Shown here: positions 58,054-64,000 of the stretch, piece after piece
Position numbering within the stretch: position 1 is the stretch's first letter
Layout: every line of letters begins with the position of its first letter
From: Acidimicrobiia bacterium
GTDB taxonomy: Bacteria; Actinomycetota; Acidimicrobiia; IMCC26256; JACDBD01
Assembly: GCA_035316025.1 (NCBI GenBank)
Contig: DATFXL010000053.1
Location: 1,748-65,747, forward strand
Direction of reading: 5' to 3'
DNA length: 64,000 nt
Position numbers and translations under genes: made by a program
The notes under the pieces: model-generated
What the model saw: only the letters and a program-made list of their open reading frames with translations
Databases searched by the model: none
Told to the model about the DNA's origin: nothing

Positions 58054-58817
58054 CGGCGCTCACACCAGTACGTGTCGACGCGATACGGGATGTGCAGCTC
58101 GTCGCGCCCCTCGGCGTCGGGATGGGTAGCCAGTACCTCGCGCACCCGGTCCAGCACTCGTGCACGCTCGGCCGACCGCAGCGCCGCGACATGGCTCACC
58201 GACATGATCCGTTCGACGACGCCTTCGGGAGTTATCGACTGCTCGTGTCGGAAGGTCTCCGCATGCAGCGGCCCGAATCCGGACCGGATGCCGAGGGCGG
58301 AGTCACGCCAGCGCTCATGGTCACGCCACGGCGCTCGCTTCTCGACCTGGTCCATGATCGACCACACCTCGTTCACCCAGTCAGTCGAGCGGTCGCGCGC
58401 GTTCCAGATCAACCCGACCCGTCCGCCGGGGCGCAGCACGCGCGCGAACTCATCGAAGGCCCGGTCGGGGTCGAACCAGTGGAACGCCTGCGCCACGGTG
58501 ATCGCGTCCAGCGACCCGGAGCTGACTGGCAGCACCTCGGCAATGGCGGCGACGATCGGCACGCCCGACACCGCGTCGAGGAAGGCGCGCCGCATCCCCT
58601 CCACCGGTTCGGCGGCGAAGAGCGTCGCCCGGGACGGGACGAGCAGCCGCGTGAACTTCCCGGTGCCGGCAGCGAGGTCGAGCACAGCCCGGCCGGGCCG
58701 AATATCGAGGTTCTCGACGAGCCACGCCACCGCGTCCGGCGGATACGACGGACGCACTCGCTCGTACGTATCAGCGGTGCGGCCAAAGCCTTTCTCGGCG
58801 ACCTCGTGGACGGTCAT
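58050..58817 (-). CDS. class I SAM-dependent methyltransferase
   Basis: 255 aa. SAM motif I reads VLDLAAGTGKFT and the post-I/II motifs read GSLDAITVAQAFHW..RVLRPGGRVGL. Confidence 0.75.
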   Translation of the reverse strand: MTVHEVAEKGFGRTADTYERVRPSYPPDAVAWLVENLDIRPGRAVLDLAAGTGKFTRLLVPSRATLFAAEPVEGMRRAFLDAVSGVPIVAAIAEVLPVSSGSLDAITVAQAFHWFDPDRAFDEFARVLRPGGRVGLIWNARDRSTDWVNEVWSIMDQVEKRAPWRDHERWRDSALGIRSGFGPLHAETFRHEQSITPEGVVERIMSVSHVAALRSAERARVLDRVREVLATHPDAEGRDELHIPYRVDTYWCERR

Positions 58818-58858
58818 CCCGCCATCTTCGCAGGGAGGCGCACCCGCTATCGATGTGG

Positions 58859-59377
58859 TTACGAAGCAGTCCGGTGCTCGGCGAGGAACCGCAGGCGCGC
58901 TGCCCGCGCGTCCCAGGCGTACACGATCGTGGTGCCGGCGAAGACGTCGTGCAACGCCCGGTGCTCGCGGCCGACGAGGATGCCGAGGAACCCGAGCCCG
59001 AAGATGAGGAACGAGATCGGGAACGTGATCACCCGGACGGCGACCCGGCCCGCGCCGACGCGGTCGCCGTCGCGGCGGATGAGGTCGAGGCCCAGGACCG
59101 CCATCCCGATCGTCTTGCCCCAGATGGACATCGGCAACCAGAAGTAGAGGAACAGCCAGACCAGAAAGAGCGCCCCGCCCGCGACGGAGCCGAGGTCGGA
59201 GGCGTCGTAGCTATTGCCGGTGACGAGCTCCGCGAGCCAGACCAGCCCGGCCGTGACGAGCGAGAAGATCGCTGAGACGGCAAAGGAGTCGATCACGTAC
59301 GAGGTCAGGCGCGTGACCACCCCGGCGTAGTGGCCGGTCAGGCTCGGCTCGGGCTCGCGTGTCCTCGACCGGGTCAT
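58859..59377 (-). CDS. RDD family membrane protein
   Basis: C-terminal 172 codons of track ORF 58859..59449 from ATG 59377 (ATGA overlap with the upstream stop). The sequence reads YAGVVTRLTSYVIDS..GKTIGMAVLGLDLIRRDG..ALHDVFAGTTIV. Confidence 0.75.
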   Translation of the reverse strand: MTRSRTREPEPSLTGHYAGVVTRLTSYVIDSFAVSAIFSLVTAGLVWLAELVTGNSYDASDLGSVAGGALFLVWLFLYFWLPMSIWGKTIGMAVLGLDLIRRDGDRVGAGRVAVRVITFPISFLIFGLGFLGILVGREHRALHDVFAGTTIVYAWDARAARLRFLAEHRTAS

Positions 59378-59853
59378 GACGAGCTCACGAGACTCGGGGG
59401 CCCGCCCGACGAAGCGCCCCGCGGTCGACGCAGCACCCGGTCGACCCACCGGATCACGAACTGGTCCAGGCCGACGCCGGTCGAACGGGCGACGTCGAGC
59501 GTTCTTGTCACGATGCCGGTCGTCGACTGCATGACCAGCCGGCCGAACTCCGTGCGGGCGACGAGGTCCTCGATGTCGACCCGGTCCACGACGGCGTTGA
59601 TGTCGACGCGGTCCACGATCGCGTTCACGTCGATCTGGCCGATCAGCGCGTTCAGGTCGAGCCTCGCCGCCAGCCGGTCGATGTCGACCCGGTCCAGCAC
59701 CTCGTTGAGGTCGATGCGGTCGATAACTTCGTTCAGGTCGAGGCGGTCGATGATGGCCTGCACGTCGACGTGACGCAGCACCGCGTCCATCGGGACGAGC
59801 CCGAGCATGCGATCGATTGGCTTCGAGTGGTGCTCGTCGGCCATGAGACCCAT
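59374..59853 (-). CDS. nonapeptide-repeat protein of unknown function (about ten D-h-N-x-h-h-D-R-h units)
   Basis: 159-aa ORF with strong GC3 bias in this frame only. Residues 12-101 read PIDRMLGLV PMDAVLRHV DVQAIIDRL DLNEVIDRI DLNEVLDRV DIDRLAARL DLNALIGQI DVNAIVDRV DINAVVDRV DIEDLVART. Confidence 0.7.
   Translation of the reverse strand: MGLMADEHHSKPIDRMLGLVPMDAVLRHVDVQAIIDRLDLNEVIDRIDLNEVLDRVDIDRLAARLDLNALIGQIDVNAIVDRVDINAVVDRVDIEDLVARTEFGRLVMQSTTGIVTRTLDVARSTGVGLDQFVIRWVDRVLRRPRGASSGGPPSLVSSS
59548..59820 (-). repeat. in-frame degenerate tandem repeat, 27-nt period x ~10 (plus-strand units begin GTCGA...)
   Basis: Read directly from the sequence. Consecutive 27-nt plus-strand units begin at 59575, 59602, 59629, 59656, 59683, 59710, 59737 and 59764, with weaker units on each side. 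Confidence 0.85.
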
Positions 59854-59893
59854 TCTGTCCCGGCAGCTGCCCGGCAGCGTGTATGCCCTGCGG

Positions 59894-61150
59894 TCAGTCG
59901 GGCTCGCCGAGGATCATCCCTGCACCGACCGTGTTGTTCGTCGCCTCGTCGATGAGGATGAAGCTGCCGGTGGTGCGGTTGCGGCGGTACTCGTCGAAGA
60001 AGAGCGGCGCCGTCGTGCGCAGTGTGATCCGCCCGATCTCGTTGAGCTGCAACGTCTCGGCGTCTTCGTCGCGATGCAGCTGGTTCACGTCGAGCCGGTA
60101 GAGCAGGTCACGGACCAGCGCGCGCGCCGAGCGGGTCGTGTGCTTGATCGCCAGCTTGGCGCCGGCGCGCAGCTCGGTGTGGTCCGTGAGCCAGCACACC
60201 ATGGCGTCGAGGTCCTGACCGTACGTGGCGTGGTTGTGCGGGCGACAGATCATGTCGCCCCTGCTCACGTCGACGTCGTCAGCGAGGGTCATGGTGACCG
60301 ACATGGGCGGGAACGCCTCGTCGACCAGGCCGTCGCCCGTCTCGATCGAGCTGATCGACGACGTGAACCCGGACGGGAGCACGATGACGTCGTCACCGGG
60401 CTTGAACACGCCGCCGGCGATCATTCCCGCGTACCCGCGGTAGTCGTGGTGCGCGTTGCTCTTGGGCCGGATGACGTACTGGACGGGGAACCGGCAGTCG
60501 ATGAGGTTTCGGTCCGACGCGATGTACACCTCCTCGAGGTGGTGCAGGAGCGACGGCCCGTCGTACCAGTCCATGTTGATGGAACGGTCGACGACGTTGT
60601 CGCCATGGAGCGCCGAGATCGGGATGAACGTCAGGTCCGTGATGTCCAGCCGGCTCGCCCAGTCGGTGAACTCATCCTTGATCTCGTCGAAGACCGACGG
60701 CTCGTAGTCGACGAGATCCATCTTGTTCACACACAGCACGAGGTGCGGGATGCGCAGCAGTGACGAGATGAACGCATGTCGCTTCGACTGCTCGAGGATG
60801 CCCTTGCGCGCGTCCACCAGGATCAAAGCCAGGTTGGCCGTCGACGCACCGGTCACCATGTTGCGCGTGTACTGGATGTGGCCGGGGGTGTCGGCGATGA
60901 TGAACTTCCGCTTCGGCGTGGAGAAGTAGCGGTACGCGACGTCGATCGTGATGCCCTGCTCGCGCTCGGCCCGGAGCCCGTCGGTCAGCAGCGCCAGGTC
61001 GGTGTACTCGTCGCCCCGTTCTCTGCTGGTGCGCTCGACAGCCTCGAGCTGATCCTCGAGGATCTGCTTCGAGTCGTACAACAGCCGCCCGATGAGCGTG
61101 CTCTTGCCGTCGTCGACCGAGCCGGCGGTCGCCAGCCGCAGCAGCTCCAC
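59894..61150 (-). CDS. cysN: sulfate adenylyltransferase subunit 1 (CysN, GTPase; no fused APS-kinase domain)
   Basis: C-terminal 418 codons of track ORF 59894..61588 from GTG 61150 (TAGTG junction with cysD). The sequence reads GSVDDGKSTLIGRLL, DTPGH and NKMD. Confidence 0.88.
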   Translation of the reverse strand: MELLRLATAGSVDDGKSTLIGRLLYDSKQILEDQLEAVERTSRERGDEYTDLALLTDGLRAEREQGITIDVAYRYFSTPKRKFIIADTPGHIQYTRNMVTGASTANLALILVDARKGILEQSKRHAFISSLLRIPHLVLCVNKMDLVDYEPSVFDEIKDEFTDWASRLDITDLTFIPISALHGDNVVDRSINMDWYDGPSLLHHLEEVYIASDRNLIDCRFPVQYVIRPKSNAHHDYRGYAGMIAGGVFKPGDDVIVLPSGFTSSISSIETGDGLVDEAFPPMSVTMTLADDVDVSRGDMICRPHNHATYGQDLDAMVCWLTDHTELRAGAKLAIKHTTRSARALVRDLLYRLDVNQLHRDEDAETLQLNEIGRITLRTTAPLFFDEYRRNRTTGSFILIDEATNNTVGAGMILGEPD

Positions 61151-62103
61151 TAGAAGTACCCCTCGCGCTTCCGATCCTCCATCGCCGCCTCGGAGAACCG
61201 GTCGTCGGCGCGGGTCGCACCCCGCTCGGTGATCCTCGATGCGGCGATCTCGACGACGATCGCGTCGGGTGTAGCGGCGCTCGACTCGACGGCGGCGGTG
61301 CAGCTCATGTCGCCCACCGTCCGGAACCGCACCATGGCGTCGAACGGTTCCTCGCCGTCCTCCAACGACAGGTAGGGCCCCACAGCCATCAGCATCCCGT
61401 CGCGGCGGAACACCTCGCGCCGGTGCGCGTAGTAGATGGACGGCAGCTCGACGCCGTCGGCGGCGATGTACTGCCACACATCGAGCTCGGTCCAGTTCGA
61501 GAGCGGGAACACGCGCAGGTGCTCGCCGGCCCGGTGCCGTCCGTTGTAGAGGTTCCAGAGCTCGGGTCGCTGATTCTTCGGGTCCCACTGCCCGAACTCG
61601 TCCCGATGCGAGAACACCCGCTCCTTCGCCCGGGCCTTCTCCTCGTCGCGGCGGCCGCCGCCGAAGACGGCGTCGAAGCGGTGGTCTGCGATCGCCTCGA
61701 GCAGCACGCTGGTCTGGAGCCGGTTGCGAGAGGCGCCTTCCCGCTCCTCGACGACCCGGCCGGTCGCGATGGCCTCGGGCACCGACGCCACGACGAGCCG
61801 GACACCGAGCTCGGCGATGCGCCGGTCGCGGAACTCGAGTGCCTCGGAGAAGTTGTGCCCGGTGTCCACGTGCATGACCGGGAAGGGGATCGGAGCGGGG
61901 GAGAACGCCTTCTCGGCCAGTCGCAGCATCACCGCCGAGTCCTTGCCGCCCGAGAACAGCAGCACCGGACGCTCGAACTCGGCCGCCACCTCGCGGATGA
62001 CGTGGATCGACTCCGACTCGAGCGCGTCCAGGTGCGAGAGCCGGCGGTGTCCGCGGCCGCCGTGGGCGGCGTGCGCCACCGGAGTGCGATCGGGGGCGGT
62101 CAT
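61150..62103 (-). CDS. cysD: sulfate adenylyltransferase subunit 2 (CysD)
   Basis: 317 aa. The PP-loop reads LLFSGGKDSAVML. Also present are HVDTGHNF and LRVFPLSNWTELDVWQYI. Confidence 0.9.
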   Translation of the reverse strand: MTAPDRTPVAHAAHGGRGHRRLSHLDALESESIHVIREVAAEFERPVLLFSGGKDSAVMLRLAEKAFSPAPIPFPVMHVDTGHNFSEALEFRDRRIAELGVRLVVASVPEAIATGRVVEEREGASRNRLQTSVLLEAIADHRFDAVFGGGRRDEEKARAKERVFSHRDEFGQWDPKNQRPELWNLYNGRHRAGEHLRVFPLSNWTELDVWQYIAADGVELPSIYYAHRREVFRRDGMLMAVGPYLSLEDGEEPFDAMVRFRTVGDMSCTAAVESSAATPDAIVVEIAASRITERGATRADDRFSEAAMEDRKREGYF

Positions 62104-62116
62104 CGTCGAGAACGGC

Positions 62117-62794
62117 CTACGCGTGCAGGCCGCACTCGATCTTGTCGGTGCCTGCCCAGCGCCCCGCGCGCGCGTCCTCGCCGTCGCCGACGGGACGACT
62201 GCACGGCCAGCATCCGATCGACCGGTACCCGCGATCCGCCAGCGGGTGCACCGGCAGCCCGCGGTCGCGCACGTATCCCTCGACGTCGAGGTCGCTCCAG
62301 CTCGCGAGCGGGTTCACCTTCACGAGCCCGCGGCCCACGTCGTACGACACGATCGGCGCGTTCGCCCGAGCCGGCGTCTCGACCCGCCGCAGCCCGGTCA
62401 TCCAGGCCGCCTTCCCCTCGAGCGCGCGGGCCAGCGGCTCGACCTTCCGCAGCGCGCAGCAGCCGTCCGGGTCGCGTTGCCACCGGTTGTCGGGCGAGCT
62501 CTCCGGCTGCATGACGCGCAGGTTCAGGTCGTACCGCTTGCGGACCTCGCCGACGTACCAGAGCGTCTCTGCAAAGTGGTACTGCGTATCGAGGAACACG
62601 ACCTCGATGTTCGGCGCCACCCGCGCGGCGAGGTCGATGAGCACGCAGTCCTGGAACGACGCCGCCAGCACGAGATCATCGCGGTACTCGTCCCAGGCCC
62701 ACTCGACGACCGCCGACGCGGGCGAGGACTCGAGCGACGTCGACACCTCGGCGAGCTCGGACAGGTCGGGGATCGGGGCAGCGGTCGCGGTCAT
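62117..62794 (-). CDS. cysH: adenosine 5'-phosphosulfate (APS) reductase, Fe-S type (CysH)
   Basis: Track ORF 62117..62806. I prefer ATG 62794 because it makes an ATGA overlap with the sirA stop. The CC..CxxC cluster (GCCALRK, GCWPC) and C-terminal ECGLH mark APS reductases. Confidence 0.88.
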   Translation of the reverse strand: MTATAAPIPDLSELAEVSTSLESSPASAVVEWAWDEYRDDLVLAASFQDCVLIDLAARVAPNIEVVFLDTQYHFAETLWYVGEVRKRYDLNLRVMQPESSPDNRWQRDPDGCCALRKVEPLARALEGKAAWMTGLRRVETPARANAPIVSYDVGRGLVKVNPLASWSDLDVEGYVRDRGLPVHPLADRGYRSIGCWPCSRPVGDGEDARAGRWAGTDKIECGLHA

Positions 62795-64000
62795 ACGCCG
62801 GCGCACTCCCCGGAGCCGACGTCCTTCTCGTACGGGCCGGTCTCGTCGAAGTCGACGTAGAACTCTGGCGCCTCGTCGGGGGTCGGGAAGTCGTCGAGAT
62901 CCTTGATGGTGGTGCCGACGGCGGCGGCGCCACCGGAACGCTCCAGCCAGTCGCCGAACGTCTCGCCCGCTTCGCGCTCGCCGGCGAACTTGCCGACGAT
63001 GCGGACCACGGCCTCGGAGGCCCGCTTGGCCGGGAGCTTGGCCGCCTTCTCCCCGAACGCGATCTCGGTGTGTCCGACCTTGCCTCCCAGCAGCATCTGG
63101 TAGCCGGGCGCGGCCCGGCCGTGGGCGCGCCGCTCGATGCCGACGAAGCCGATGTCAGAGATGTGGTGCTGGCCGCACGAGTTGGTGCAGCCTGAGATGT
63201 TCACCCGAACCCCGCCGACGTCGGCGAGCCCGGCGCTCTCGAGGGCCTTCCCGATGTCGTCAGCCAGGCCCCGGGACTGCGTGACGGCGAGATTGCACGT
63301 GTCGGCGCCCGGGCACGCCACGACGTCGCGGGCGAGCTCGGCCCCGGGCTCGGCCATCCCGATCGTCTCGAGCCGGGCGTGCAGTTCGGGGAGCTGCTCC
63401 TCGGTCAGGCCGCGGAGGGCGAAGTTCTGGCGGTTGGTGACCCGCACGTCGAACCCGAAGTCGCGCTGCATATCCGCGAGCGCACGGAACTGGCCGGAGG
63501 TGATGTCGCCCAATCGGGCGTACGCGTACGCGCTCACGGTCCCGTTGGCGCGGCCGCGCACGACGTTGGCCTTCTCCCAGCGGTCGTACTGGCTGAGCCC
63601 GAGGAACTCGACCGGTGCCTCCCCGACCTGCGTCACCGGGCCGGTGCCCGCGCCCGCGGGCGCGTCGCCGCGCTCGCGCACGGCGTCCGGGAGGCCGCCT
63701 TGGTAGCTCGTGGCGGCGGGTAGGAACTTTCGCTCCTTGAAGATGCGCTCGCGCAGCTCGTCCATGCCCATCGTGTCGACGAGCCACTTCATGCGCGCCC
63801 GCAGCTTGTTGTCGCGGTTGCCGTAGTGGTCGAACACCCGCACGATCGCCTCGAGCGTCGGCATCAGCTGCTCGCGTGGTGTGAACTCCTCGAGCGCCTG
63901 CGCGGGGTGCGGGTTGGCGCCGAGCCCGCCGGCGACGAACACCTTGAAGCCGGGCTCGAGCGTGCCGTCGGACTTGGGCCGGTTCACGCCGATCACGCCG
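62791..64000 (-). CDS. sirA: ferredoxin-dependent sulfite reductase (NirA/SirA type), C-terminal part; 5' end beyond the right edge
   Basis: The frame of track ORF 62791..63996 stays open to the window edge. Siroheme/4Fe-4S motifs are present: CPGADTCNLA and SGCTNSCGQHH. Confidence 0.85.
   Translation of the reverse strand, partial: GVIGVNRPKSDGTLEPGFKVFVAGGLGANPHPAQALEEFTPREQLMPTLEAIVRVFDHYGNRDNKLRARMKWLVDTMGMDELRERIFKERKFLPAATSYQGGLPDAVRERGDAPAGAGTGPVTQVGEAPVEFLGLSQYDRWEKANVVRGRANGTVSAYAYARLGDITSGQFRALADMQRDFGFDVRVTNRQNFALRGLTEEQLPELHARLETIGMAEPGAELARDVVACPGADTCNLAVTQSRGLADDIGKALESAGLADVGGVRVNISGCTNSCGQHHISDIGFVGIERRAHGRAAPGYQMLLGGKVGHTEIAFGEKAAKLPAKRASEAVVRIVGKFAGEREAGETFGDWLERSGGAAAVGTTIKDLDDFPTPDEAPEFYVDFDETGPYEKDVGSGECAGV

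Noticed and set aside
59548-59820. The 27-nt periodic tract as a CRISPR array or non-coding tandem repeat.
   Set aside because: There is no repeat-spacer alternation and the units are contiguous and degenerate. The period is a multiple of three. One frame gives a clean nonapeptide repeat with strong GC3 bias inside a start-to-stop ORF. It is therefore a coding repeat.

Overview
The window is a GC-rich bacterial chromosomal segment (about 70% GC by eye, not computed). Gene content and order are typical of Actinomycetota: F420-type LLM enzymes, PAC2, DUF2469, MurT/GatD, an MhuD-like ABM protein and GTP-dependent PEPCK. The compact backbone hints at a deep-branching lineage such as Acidimicrobiia, but that is inference only.

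I support 69 protein-coding genes, two of them truncated by the window edges. Two are missing from the ORF track: rpmF (59 aa) and a 37-aa membrane ORF. I found no rRNA, tRNA, CRISPR array, IS element or prophage.

Most of the window is the conserved housekeeping backbone:
- rpmB / yloV-recG-rsmD-coaD
- yceD-rpmF-plsX-acp-rnc-mutM-acyP-smc
- ftsY-ffh-rpsP-KH-rimM-trmD-rplS-DUF2469-yraN
- xerC, then rpsB-tsf-pyrH-frr-cdsA-dxr-rseP-ispG

Flanking blocks are:
- a left-hand metabolic block (LLM-LLM-galK-GH2, MhuD-like-fadD-ddl, pckG)
- a right-hand minus-strand block (sirA-cysH-cysD-cysN, a repeat protein plus RDD protein, and methyltransferase-murT-gatD)

Genes are packed very tightly, with 14 four-nucleotide start/stop overlaps.

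I see no clear-cut novel system such as a defence island. The items most worth a second look are:
1. A nonapeptide-repeat protein (ten 27-nt units) translationally coupled to an RDD membrane protein.
2. A 370-nt coding-free gap with an orphan minus-strand intrinsic terminator, which may mark an unclassified ncRNA.
3. An inverted comM-dprA segment carrying a DUF427/WYL-regulator/enoyl-CoA hydratase insertion, bordered by a perfect tandem 21-bp repeat.
4. An M23 peptidase fused to an alpha/beta hydrolase and coupled to a beta-propeller protein.
5. A coupled LLM-LLM-galK-GH2 operon with no Leloir partners in the window.

All functional calls rest on motif and family recognition by eye. No database search was run.
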